Source: Patescibacteria group bacterium (GTDB taxonomy: Bacteria > Patescibacteriota > UBA1384 > JACPKC01). From it: 64,000 nucleotides of DNA. Positions 40,214 through 48,748 of this stretch are shown here, piece by piece. A model generated the notes under the pieces. That model did not search any database and was not told the origin of the DNA. It saw only the letters and a program-made list of their open reading frames with translations. The position numbers and the translations under genes were made by a program. Position 1 is the stretch's first letter. Each line of letters begins with the position of its first letter. The DNA lies in contig JBMNRW010000004.1 in NCBI GenBank assembly GCA_050944875.1, forward strand, positions 1,304-65,303. The letters are read 5' to 3'.

Positions 40214-40941
40214 TTGGTCCCCACGTGCTTCTTCGGATGCGTTGGTAGCTCGTATGTCCCAACTGCCTTATCCGAAACAATGTGGCCGTGCTCGACGACA
40301 ACGACGCGCCGCTTCAGGTAGTCGACGACTTCCTTGTTGTGCGTTGCGAGGATAACGGTCGTCCCGCTCCGGTTGATCCGCTCGAGGAGTTCCACGATCT
40401 CCATTGTCGTTGAGGGATCGAGGTTGCCGGTCGGCTCGTCGGCGAGAAGAATCTTCGGGTTGTGGATCATGGCGCGAGCGATGGCAACGCGCTGCTTCTC
40501 ACCACCCGAGAGCTCGTGCGGGTAGTTGTCACCTTTGTCAGCGAGGCCGACGAGGGTGAGGATCTTCGGAACGCGCTCCGCGATCTCCGCGTTCGAGACG
40601 TCAGAAACCTCGAGTGCGAAGGCGATGTTCTCAGCGACGGTCTTCCGTGGCAGGAGCTTAAAATCCTGGAACACGACACCCACTTTCCGCCGGTAGTAGG
40701 GCAGCTCGCGGTCTTGGAGCTTGGTGATGTCTCGGTTCGCGATAAGAATGCGGCCAGCGTCTAGCTTTTCCTCGGCGATGAGGAGGCGGATGAGCGTGCT
40801 CTTCCCCGCGCCCGACGGCCCAACCAAACTGACGAGCTCGCCCGCCTGAATGGTGAGCGAGATATTGTCGAGTGCAAGTGAGCGCTGGCGCGGGTTCGAG
40901 ACGCGCGCATACGACTTCGTAACCTGTTCGAGTTCGATCAT
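40210..40941 (-). CDS. ftsE: Cell division ATP-binding protein FtsE
   Basis: [40 protein letters not shown]. Confidence 0.92.
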   Translation of the reverse strand: MIELEQVTKSYARVSNPRQRSLALDNISLTIQAGELVSLVGPSGAGKSTLIRLLIAEEKLDAGRILIANRDITKLQDRELPYYRRKVGVVFQDFKLLPRKTVAENIAFALEVSDVSNAEIAERVPKILTLVGLADKGDNYPHELSGGEKQRVAIARAMIHNPKILLADEPTGNLDPSTTMEIVELLERINRSGTTVILATHNKEVVDYLKRRVVVVEHGHIVSDKAVGTYELPTHPKKHVGTK

Positions 40942-41101
40942 ATCCCTCCTCGGGCCCCCGCACGGCCTGCTTGTCTACATGGTACCAGGGGCACGGGAGA
41001 TGAACAATGAACAGGCGAAAAACAAAAGCCGGGACGCAGGGTGGTGTTCGTATTACCCACACTGCGTTCCGGCTATAGCGTCACGAGGACGCACGAGCGA
41101 G

Positions 41102-41368
41102 TCAGTGGCTCGCGTTCTGGCGGATGCACTCCGCCACACACCCGCCTCGGCGGTAGATTTCAAGCAACTTGCGAGCCGGCGAAGCTGCTCCGTGATCGAT
41201 GAAGTGCAGCGGGTGCGCCTCATCGGGGACTCGACCCCGACAGAGTGCGACCGCCCGATGGGCGGCCAGATCAAGATCCACCGCAGCCAATCGGGGTTCG
41301 TGCTTTAGCCACTCGCGCTTGAGACGAGTGACTTCCTGCTCCCGCAGGCTCTGTACCTGTACGACCAA
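41102..41368 (-). CDS. Small Cys/His-containing hypothetical protein (88 aa, TTG start)
   Basis: SD GGAGGA 8 nt before the TTG; its own promoter TTGACA-N17-TACTCT at 41460-41488 (minus) overlapping the znuB stop. Confidence 0.4.
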   Translation of the reverse strand: MVVQVQSLREQEVTRLKREWLKHEPRLAAVDLDLAAHRAVALCRGRVPDEAHPLHFIDHGAASPARKLLEIYRRGGCVAECIRQNASH

Positions 41369-41484
41369 TTTTCATTCCTCCGACGTAAAGTATCACGATG
41401 GAACCCTCACGCTTTCCTGAAAAAGAAAAACGTCGTGCGAGTTCGCGTCGACGGCTCATAGAGTACGCGAAACGACCGGTTTTG

Positions 41485-42285
41485 TCAACGACTTGACGGT
41501 CGAAGAAGGAGCGCGATTCCAAAGCAGACTGCAGCGAGCAGGGCGATCGTCGGCCCTGTCGCCGTATCGAGTGCGACCGACAGCGCGACACCGCCGACTG
41601 CAGCCACGACGCCAACGAGCGCACTGCCGAGGACGAGCTCGCGCATCGATCGGGCGATGAGGTAGCTCGTTGCAGACGGAATGAGGAAGAGGCCAGACAG
41701 GAGAATGATGCCGATGAGCTTGATGCCGAGCGCAATCATGGTCGCGACGACGACCCCGAAGATGATGTCGTTGCGACGGGTTGGCACTCCTTCTACCTCG
41801 GCGAGATCCGGGTGGACAATCTCGAGGACAATCTGCTGGTGAATTGCCCAGAGTACAGCAAGCGAGAGTGTGGCAGCGGCAGTAATGAGCGCTACGTCAC
41901 CGTTTGAGAGCGCAAGCACATCGCCGAACAGTAATCCCATGAGGTCTACGCGAACATCTCGCAAGAACGTCAGGAGGAAGATCCCGAACGCCGCAACTGC
42001 GGCAAAGAGCACGCCGAGCACGGTATCAAAGGAGAGACGGGTTTGACGCCGGATCGCGAGCACGAGCATCCCGACGATGATCGCGAAGGCGACCGACGAC
42101 CAGCTCACGTTAATCCCGAAAAGGACGCCGAGCGCGACGCCAGTGAACGCAGAGTGTGCGATCGTGTCCGTGTAGAAGCTCATCCCGCGCATCTGGATGA
42201 AGCTCCCAATGACGCCACCGGCGACCGAGAGGATAAGCGCCGCGATGAGCGCACGAAGCATGAAGGGTTCAGTGAGTATGTCCAT
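41485..42285 (-). CDS. znuB: Metal (Zn/Mn) ABC transporter permease
   Basis: ABC-3 family, 8 TM. Confidence 0.85.
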   Translation of the reverse strand: MDILTEPFMLRALIAALILSVAGGVIGSFIQMRGMSFYTDTIAHSAFTGVALGVLFGINVSWSSVAFAIIVGMLVLAIRRQTRLSFDTVLGVLFAAVAAFGIFLLTFLRDVRVDLMGLLFGDVLALSNGDVALITAAATLSLAVLWAIHQQIVLEIVHPDLAEVEGVPTRRNDIIFGVVVATMIALGIKLIGIILLSGLFLIPSATSYLIARSMRELVLGSALVGVVAAVGGVALSVALDTATGPTIALLAAVCFGIALLLRPSSR

Positions 42286-42898
42286 GAGGGTCTCCGAGGC
42301 GAAGTTCGTGGAACTTCTTGCCAAGCCGCTTCTCGTACGTCGTAAGCTCAGCGTGGTCATGAGTCACGGTGATAATTGTTGTGTCGTGCTCCTTGAGGAG
42401 GTGGACGAGCAGCGAAGCGATCTCAGTCCGACCGAGCGCGTCGATTCCCGCGGACGCCTCGTCGAGCACGAGGAGCTTCGGTGAGCGGGCGAGCGCACGG
42501 GCGAGCACAACCCGCTGCAGCTCCCCGCCGGACAGCGTTGCAAGACTCGCGTCAAAGAGCTCTTGGATCTTGAGCTCACTGCAGAGCGCCCGCGTCGGTC
42601 GCCGGACGCTCGAGAGTCCGAAGAACTCTCGCACCGTGAGCGGAAGCGTTCCGGGAAAGTGGAACCGCTGCGGCACGTACCCCACATCAGCTGCCGGGAC
42701 GCGATCAACCGCCTTCCCCTCGTACAGGAACTCGCCTTCCGTCGCGTTTAAACCAAGAAGACCGCGGATGAACTGGGTTTTACCAGCACCGTTCGGCCCC
42801 GTGACGGCAAGCAATTCTCCGGCGCGGAGCGTGACGGCGAGCGGACCGACGAGCGTCCGACCGCCAACAAGCACGTGGTAGTTGCTGAGCGCAATCAT
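42269..42898 (-). CDS. znuC: Metal ABC transporter ATP-binding protein
   Basis: GPNGAGKTQFIRGL, LSGGELQRVVLARAL, LVLDEASAGID. Confidence 0.88.
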   Translation of the reverse strand: MIALSNYHVLVGGRTLVGPLAVTLRAGELLAVTGPNGAGKTQFIRGLLGLNATEGEFLYEGKAVDRVPAADVGYVPQRFHFPGTLPLTVREFFGLSSVRRPTRALCSELKIQELFDASLATLSGGELQRVVLARALARSPKLLVLDEASAGIDALGRTEIASLLVHLLKEHDTTIITVTHDHAELTTYEKRLGKKFHELRLGDPHGHTH

Positions 42899-42934
42899 TC
42901 CTGAACAGTATAGCGGATCACTTCGTGAACACCG

Positions 42935-43846
42935 TTAGCCGAGCACCGCCCGCAACGCCTCGAGGTTGCGCCGCATGCCGTCTACGTACGACTCGTCGAG
43001 CTCGTTCGTCTCGAGAGGGTCGAGCTCACGAACGGCAATGCCGAGATCGCGGGCGAGCTGATCCACGGTCGCCGGCGAGTACTGCGGCTCAGTGAAGAGC
43101 CCGCGCAACCGCTTCTCTTGCACGAGGGAGCGGATGCGGGCGAGCTCGGCCGGCCGGGGCGCCTCGCCGGGCGTCGCCTCAATGGTCGCAACTTGCTCCA
43201 GGCCGTAATCACGTGCGAGGTACGAAAACGCACTGTGGAAGGCAATGAACTCGCGATCCCGAAACGTCGCGATGCTCGCCCGGAACTCCTGGTCGAGCGA
43301 CGAGAGCTCGGCAATCAGTGCTGCTGCGTTCGACTCATACGTTTCGCGATTCATCTCATCTACCCGCACGAGCGCGTCACGGATGTACCCGGCAAGCAGA
43401 ATGGCGTTCTTCGGTGAGAGCCAGATGTGCGGGTCGGTGCCAGCTTCACCAGCCTCCTCATCGTCGGCCGAGAGTAGCTTCACATCCGCCTCGAGCATAG
43501 CTGCGAGCTCCAAGCGCGTGGCAAGTGAATCCGATGCCGTAAAAAGCGAATCCAGCCACTCATGCTCGAGCTCGGCTCCGTTCGAGATGACGAGTGTCGC
43601 GCTTCGAAGTGCAGCTAGGTTTGCTGGTGCCGCCTGGTAGTCATGTACTTCCTGACCGGCCGGCACAAGCTGTTCTACTCGCGCCACCGTACCCGCGATC
43701 GGCGCGGCGAGGGCAGTAATCGGGTAGAAGGTTGTCACGACCAGTGGTCGATCATCAGCCACAGGCCGCGTGCGCAAGTTGAGTACGACAGCCGCAATTC
43801 CTAGCACAACAAGCAGTCCAACAACGAATCCGATCCAACGATGCAT
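42935..43846 (-). CDS. znuA: Metal ABC transporter substrate-binding protein (ZnuA/TroA-like) with acidic/His loop
   Basis: ...TDPHIWLSP..., DDEEAGEAG loop, FHSAFSYLARDYGL; start at MHRWIGFVV. Confidence 0.85.
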   Translation of the reverse strand: MHRWIGFVVGLLVVLGIAAVVLNLRTRPVADDRPLVVTTFYPITALAAPIAGTVARVEQLVPAGQEVHDYQAAPANLAALRSATLVISNGAELEHEWLDSLFTASDSLATRLELAAMLEADVKLLSADDEEAGEAGTDPHIWLSPKNAILLAGYIRDALVRVDEMNRETYESNAAALIAELSSLDQEFRASIATFRDREFIAFHSAFSYLARDYGLEQVATIEATPGEAPRPAELARIRSLVQEKRLRGLFTEPQYSPATVDQLARDLGIAVRELDPLETNELDESYVDGMRRNLEALRAVLG

Positions 43847-43890
43847 GCGGGCACTCCTTTCTGTATTGTACCCACAGTACCATAGACAAG

Positions 43891-43920
43891 TTGACAAATG
43901 CAACTCTGTTGCATATAGTA
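43891..43920 (+). promoter_or_regulatory. zur promoter TTGACA-N17-TATAGT with embedded Fur-family box palindrome TGCAAC-tct-GTTGCA (43899-43913); also in the divergent znuA upstream region
   Basis: Read directly. Confidence 0.6.
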
Positions 43921-43925
43921 CTTTC

Positions 43926-44339
43926 ATGCAGTACGCAGCAAAACACCTGAGCGAGCGCGGCCTCCGCGTAACCGATGCCCGCGTTGCCTTACTGGAAATC
44001 CTCGCCGCGTCTCCTGAGCCAATGACCGCACCGTCACTCCACGCAGCACTGATCTTGCATGGCGTCTCGGCGAACAAGTCCACGGTGTACCGCGACCTCG
44101 ACCGCTTCGTCGAGGAGGAGCTCGTCGACGAGCTCGACTTCGGCGAGGGACAAAAACGGTACGAACAAACGACGACGCCACATCACCACGCCGTCTGCAC
44201 GGAGTGCAACCGAATCGCGCATATCGAGCTCCCCAGCCACCTCGCCACCGAAGAGGCATTTCTTATGGCCAGGTATAGCTTTCGCGTCGACTCACACGCC
44301 CTCGAGTTCTTTGGCACCTGCGCGGACTGCCAGCGATAA
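43926..44339 (+). CDS. zur: Fur-family metalloregulator (Zur)
   Basis: ...VTDARVALLEILAASPEPMTAPSLHAAL... winged helix; HHHAVCTECNRIAHIE and C..C metal sites. Confidence 0.8.
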   Translation: MQYAAKHLSERGLRVTDARVALLEILAASPEPMTAPSLHAALILHGVSANKSTVYRDLDRFVEEELVDELDFGEGQKRYEQTTTPHHHAVCTECNRIAHIELPSHLATEEAFLMARYSFRVDSHALEFFGTCADCQR

Positions 44340-44344
44340 CGGAA

Positions 44345-44375
44345 AACGCCTCCCCGAAGGGAGGCGTTCGTTATA
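44345..44375. terminator. Bidirectional terminator (aacgcctccc / gaag / ggaggcgtt)
   Basis: Read directly. Confidence 0.65.
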
Positions 44376-44380
44376 TCTCC

Positions 44381-45595
44381 TTACTGATCAATGAAGATCG
44401 AAGAAGAGCGAAGTTGTTTGCCGTTCGCAAGCTCAGCTTGCGCATAGATTGCCTTGACGCCCTGAGCACGGAGCGTATGAACGGTAAAGTCGTGACCGAA
44501 GTTCCGCTCGGTAGCACCGAAGCTGTGCGAACGAATCACACGGTCCTGCTCTGGTGACTGCCCCACCGAAACCAACACCATCTGACGGACCGCCACGGGC
44601 CCGGTCACGTCGGCATGGAGTAACAGCGAGTGGCCAGAGAGCGAGATTGTGTCGCCCATCAAAGCGACGGCATCGGTATCCTGGTCAAGCCAGCCGATCA
44701 GGCGAATCGCCATATCGCGATCCTCTGAGAAGCAGGTTCGCCGGGCGGCAAAAGCTTCGTACACCCCGTCCATGGAACGGTGTCGGACGAACGCAACTGT
44801 GTACGGTCCCGCCTTGTAGGGCATAAGATGCCGATCACTCGACCCGCAGGCCCCCGGCCGCCAACCTACTCGGATGAGCTGGCGGAATCCGGCCTCGTTT
44901 GAAGCCCGTATCCCCGCCGCCGGGTCACCGGGACCGTAGTACCCACGCGCGCCGTGGCTCGACAGCTCGCAGAGCGCCATCTGGCGGACGAGTACTTCGA
45001 GTGGCGGACGAGCAAAACCGCCAAACGTACTCTCCACCGCGTACCGTTCGGGGTGCGCGAACCCGCCAATGATCCACGGTCGCTGAGCAACAACGCCGAG
45101 GAGCTCAAAGAACTCCGAAGCAATAACCTCGGGTTCCCCACCCTGCAGGTGATGCCCAATGAGCTCGCTCGACCGGTAGATCAGGATATGACCGCCGCCC
45201 TGGATGTACGCCGGGTTGGCGAAGATACCCGGATCCCCTTCGTCCGGAATGCCGGTCCACTCAGTACCGGTGTCAAAGAGCAGCCCCTCAGCCTGAAGCT
45301 TGGTCGTCAGTCGTTGAAGCGACTGCGCCTCTTCAAGGGCTACTTGTTCGCCGTGGTCTGTGAGGATGAAGAAGTCCTGCGTCCGGAGCGCTGCCCGTGC
45401 AACCTCCTCGGGTGACGCTTGGATCCCCTTCGCATCAGAGAAGTCGGAGTGGGCATGTGGGTCGCCCCAGAGCGGACGAACGCCAGCTACACCAAACACC
45501 TCTTCGACAGTTGGAACAAACGCTGCGGAAACAGGAGTTACGATGGAATAGCAGAGCATGGTGAGAACTGCATAAGCGAAGAACATGGACCGCAT
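44381..45595 (-). CDS. Secreted PHP-domain metal-dependent phosphoesterase
   Basis: Signal peptide; GDPHAHSDFSDAKG PHP motif I; 404 aa. Confidence 0.55.
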   Translation of the reverse strand: MRSMFFAYAVLTMLCYSIVTPVSAAFVPTVEEVFGVAGVRPLWGDPHAHSDFSDAKGIQASPEEVARAALRTQDFFILTDHGEQVALEEAQSLQRLTTKLQAEGLLFDTGTEWTGIPDEGDPGIFANPAYIQGGGHILIYRSSELIGHHLQGGEPEVIASEFFELLGVVAQRPWIIGGFAHPERYAVESTFGGFARPPLEVLVRQMALCELSSHGARGYYGPGDPAAGIRASNEAGFRQLIRVGWRPGACGSSDRHLMPYKAGPYTVAFVRHRSMDGVYEAFAARRTCFSEDRDMAIRLIGWLDQDTDAVALMGDTISLSGHSLLLHADVTGPVAVRQMVLVSVGQSPEQDRVIRSHSFGATERNFGHDFTVHTLRAQGVKAIYAQAELANGKQLRSSSIFIDQ

Positions 45596-45677
45596 ACGTG
45601 ATACCCTCCAGTGCTGGAAATGTACGAACTGAGGCCGCCAAGGCGACCTCAGAGTGAACCACAGCCGGAGAACGGCG

Positions 45678-46517
45678 TCAAGCCGTGAGCGATCGGAGGA
45701 TCTCTATGTTCGGGGAGTCCGGCCCGTTCCCGTCTTTACCCGGCACCTCGAGAATCCAGGGGAGTTGGGCGAGGAGTGGGTGTGCAGCGAGGGCGCGGAA
45801 GCCGTCGAGACCAATGTACCCTTCTCCAAGATTCTCGTGCCGGTCTCTCCCCTCACCAAGCGCGAACTTCGAGTCGTTCGCGTGAATGACGACGAGGTTA
45901 CTCACACCAACCTCACGATCGAACTCCTCAAGCGTCTGCACAACCCCAGCTGACGACCGGATATCATACCCGGCCGCAAACGCATGGCAGGTGTCAAAGC
46001 ACACCTTCACGCGAGGCGATTTAACAGCGCGGAGCATCTCCCCGAGCTCACTAAATGCATCACCGAGCGTGCCACCGTACCCAGCCGCATTCTCAATGAT
46101 GAGCTGACTCTCGCCAGGTGCGCGGCGAAGGATCTCCCCCATTACACCCGCAACGTCACGGAGCGCCTCTGCCTGGTCGCGCGCCTTTCGTGAACCCGTG
46201 TGGTAGATCACACCCTGCGCGCCGATTCGATCGGCCACCTGAAGGGCGTAGCTCAGCGCGTCGATCGACTTCTCGCGGAGCTCGGCATTGTCCGTTGCGA
46301 GATTCACGAGGTAGAGGGCATGGATGAAGACCGGTCCGAGGCCACGCCCACTGACCGCTGCCCGAAACGCAGCGACCGACTCATCGGTGATTGTCGTCTT
46401 GCGCCAGCTTTGCGGTGGCGCGATGAAGAGCTGGATCGCTGTTCCGCCGATTGCCTCAATGTTCGTCGCGGCGTTTTGAATGCCCCCCGCAGCTGACACG
46501 TGCGCGCCGATAATCAC
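45678..46517 (-). CDS. nfo: Endonuclease IV (AP endonuclease)
   Basis: MIIGAHVSAAGG...IHALYLVNLA...VIYHTGS...IENAAG...CFDTCHAFAAGYD...VIHANDSK. Confidence 0.9.
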   Translation of the reverse strand: MIIGAHVSAAGGIQNAATNIEAIGGTAIQLFIAPPQSWRKTTITDESVAAFRAAVSGRGLGPVFIHALYLVNLATDNAELREKSIDALSYALQVADRIGAQGVIYHTGSRKARDQAEALRDVAGVMGEILRRAPGESQLIIENAAGYGGTLGDAFSELGEMLRAVKSPRVKVCFDTCHAFAAGYDIRSSAGVVQTLEEFDREVGVSNLVVIHANDSKFALGEGRDRHENLGEGYIGLDGFRALAAHPLLAQLPWILEVPGKDGNGPDSPNIEILRSLTA

Positions 46518-46518
46518 G

Positions 46519-47283
46519 CTACGCTCCCAAGAGCTTCAGGATGTCATTGTGGAGCCTGCCATTCGACGCGACGGCTGTTGACGTCGCGAGCTTCATCGGC
46601 TGCCCCTGCCAATCGGTGACTGTACCGCCTGCCTCTTCGACAATAAGCTTCGGCCCAACCCAGTCCCACGGCTTCAAATGGTGACCAACGAAGACATCGT
46701 GGATGCCGTGGGCGACCGCCATAAAGTTGAGCGCCGGGACGTCTCGATAGCTCAGCTGTCGAACGACCTTAGCTAGCTTCACCGCCGCGCTAATTGCCTG
46801 CTCCCTCGCTTCGATCGGCCCGAAGCCGCCGTACACGAATGCCTCAGTAAGGTTCGCCTCAGTGCGCGCGTGCATCTTCCGGTCCTGGTAGAACGCCCCG
46901 GCGCCCTTCGTTGCCCAGAACAGGTGTCGCCGCTCAGGCATAGAAACCGCGGCCACCGTCGGCTCACCATTCTCTACCCAAGTGACACTCGTGCCGTACT
47001 TATCGTTGCGGGTAGAGAAATTCCCCTCGCCGTTCAAGCCGTCAATGAGCCAGAACGACGTCGCGCTCCCGAGTTCACCACAGTTCCTTCCCCAGATCAC
47101 CTCGTTCGGGTAAATCTGCTTTAGGAAGATTAAGATCGTCTCGCGAGCAGCCACTTCGGCTGCAGCCGCATCGATTGCTGGACCACCGCTCTCCCAGAGC
47201 GCAAAGCGACGAGCGAGCTCATCTCCAGCAATGAAGGCTGCCTGCTTCGCGACCTGGAGTCGGGTTTGAAGGTTTGTTGCCAT
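46519..47283 (-). CDS. Inositol-monophosphatase-family phosphatase (SuhB/CysQ-like)
   Basis: WLIDGLNGEGNF (WxIDPxDGT-like), ...GPKLIVEEAGG...; start at MATNLQ. Confidence 0.72.
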   Translation of the reverse strand: MATNLQTRLQVAKQAAFIAGDELARRFALWESGGPAIDAAAAEVAARETILIFLKQIYPNEVIWGRNCGELGSATSFWLIDGLNGEGNFSTRNDKYGTSVTWVENGEPTVAAVSMPERRHLFWATKGAGAFYQDRKMHARTEANLTEAFVYGGFGPIEAREQAISAAVKLAKVVRQLSYRDVPALNFMAVAHGIHDVFVGHHLKPWDWVGPKLIVEEAGGTVTDWQGQPMKLATSTAVASNGRLHNDILKLLGA

Positions 47284-47296
47284 ACAGTCCTTTCTT

Positions 47297-47986
47297 CTAC
47301 GTAATACTACCACCACGACGCGTGAGGTGGTCATGCGACGAGCCATGGCGCTGCTCGTGCTCAGCTTGATAGTCAAAGGTACGAACACCTACTTCGACGT
47401 TGCCGAAGTACTTCACCTGCTCGAACAGCGGCTTCGTCTTCGCCTGCTCAGGTTCAGGATTCAGTGCAAGGAACGACCGGGTGAAGAGGAAGTATGAATC
47501 ACTCGACACACTGTTCTTGAGGAGGCGATGGGCGAGGATGACGTCCGACCCAACGAGCTTAACAAAGGGGCCGATCTCATTCACGACAAACTCACCAAAG
47601 TGAACGATGAACTTCATTGAGATACATTCGAGCACCTGGCTTTCGCTTGTCTCTGCCGCCTTGAGCTCCTCCATGGCGTGGTAAAACGCGTCGGCGTACG
47701 CCTCAAGCTGTTGAAGTGTGGCTCGGTACAGCGCCGCCCCCTCCTCGCCCGGCGCGTACACGAAGAGGGCGTCTCCTTCGATTTCATTGACGATGAACGC
47801 AGGCGTCGTCCCCCTGAATACCCGATCGGTAATGTGGTGGACGATCTTGGCGCTAAACTCCGCCTGCGCAGAGGTCAGGAGATCGGTGTACCCGGAAATA
47901 TCTGCCAGCAGGAGCACGCCCGAGGAGCGCCGTCCGACAAGCGCCTGCTGCCTCACTGCTGCCGCAGCACTGTCGTACTCAACCAC
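47297..47986 (-). CDS. Minimal class-III nucleotidyl-cyclase-like protein (resembles DUF2652)
   Basis: LLLADISGYT (FADIxGFT-like first metal Asp), NEIEGDALFVYAP (second Asp), KFIVHFGEFVV, KLVGSDVILAHRL (GDxVNxAxR-like but Asn replaced by Ile). Confidence 0.5.
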   Translation of the reverse strand: MVEYDSAAAAVRQQALVGRRSSGVLLLADISGYTDLLTSAQAEFSAKIVHHITDRVFRGTTPAFIVNEIEGDALFVYAPGEEGAALYRATLQQLEAYADAFYHAMEELKAAETSESQVLECISMKFIVHFGEFVVNEIGPFVKLVGSDVILAHRLLKNSVSSDSYFLFTRSFLALNPEPEQAKTKPLFEQVKYFGNVEVGVRTFDYQAEHEQRHGSSHDHLTRRGGSIT

Positions 47987-48617
47987 GCCGCCGCCTGCGT
48001 CCCCGCCGCCCCTTCCGTTCGCTCACGAGCTCGCGGTACGGGCCGTAGAACTTCGCCGCGACTTCGTTCTCGATGAGTACGGTTTCGTCGGCGGCTGCCT
48101 TGATGCCGCGATTGTATCGGGCTGCGAAGCCAAGGTACACGACCCTGACGCCTTTCTCTTTGGCGAGGTGAATGACCGGCTGGAAGTCCGAGTCCGAGCT
48201 GGCGAGAATGACGGTCGACACCTTACCTTCGTAGATATCTCGCAGAATTTCGACGGCGATCGAAACGTCAACGCCCTTCTCCTCAAACTGTACGTCTTCG
48301 CCACGACCCCGCGCCCTGACGGCGCCAGCGATGACGTACCGGAACCCTTGCACCTCAAGCTGCGCCTTGAGCGTCGCTTCACGGGCGACGAGCTCTTCGG
48401 ATTTCTCCACGGTTTCCTTGTGCGGAATAACACGGGCGAGGTAAATGCTCGCGAGACTGACGTCAACCTTTTGAAAGACATGGTTCAAGAGTCCCCAGAG
48501 ATCGTACTTCGTGAGATCGATCTCCTGGACGCCGCGCCGGCGAAGCACTTCGCGAATCCGGCGCACAAAGTTCTGGCCATCGATGTAGAGATGGGTGTGT
48601 TTACCCTGAGTGTGCAT
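47979..48617 (-). CDS. NYN-domain (LabA-like) putative ribonuclease
   Basis: LYIDGQNFVRR...KGVDVSIAVEIL...VILASSDSDFQPVIHLAKEKGVRVV; stop overlaps the cyclase-like start by 8 nt. Confidence 0.62.
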   Translation of the reverse strand: MHTQGKHTHLYIDGQNFVRRIREVLRRRGVQEIDLTKYDLWGLLNHVFQKVDVSLASIYLARVIPHKETVEKSEELVAREATLKAQLEVQGFRYVIAGAVRARGRGEDVQFEEKGVDVSIAVEILRDIYEGKVSTVILASSDSDFQPVIHLAKEKGVRVVYLGFAARYNRGIKAAADETVLIENEVAAKFYGPYRELVSERKGRRGRRRRRG

Positions 48618-48748
48618 GAGTCTATCTTACGCTCTTCCGCCAGGCAGCAGAACATACCTTAGCGATATGACAGGGAAGTATACCGCATTTCCTCATCCTA
48701 ATCAATGGCGTCGGTCGCAGTAGCGCGCATCCGAGCGAGATACCCCTT

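Noticed and set aside
40850-41308. 152-aa plus-strand ORF in the znuB-ftsE intergenic region
   Set aside because: It runs antisense through the promoter and SD of the TTG-start 88-aa gene and has no SD of its own. The minus-strand gene has a complete promoter, SD and ORF signal set.
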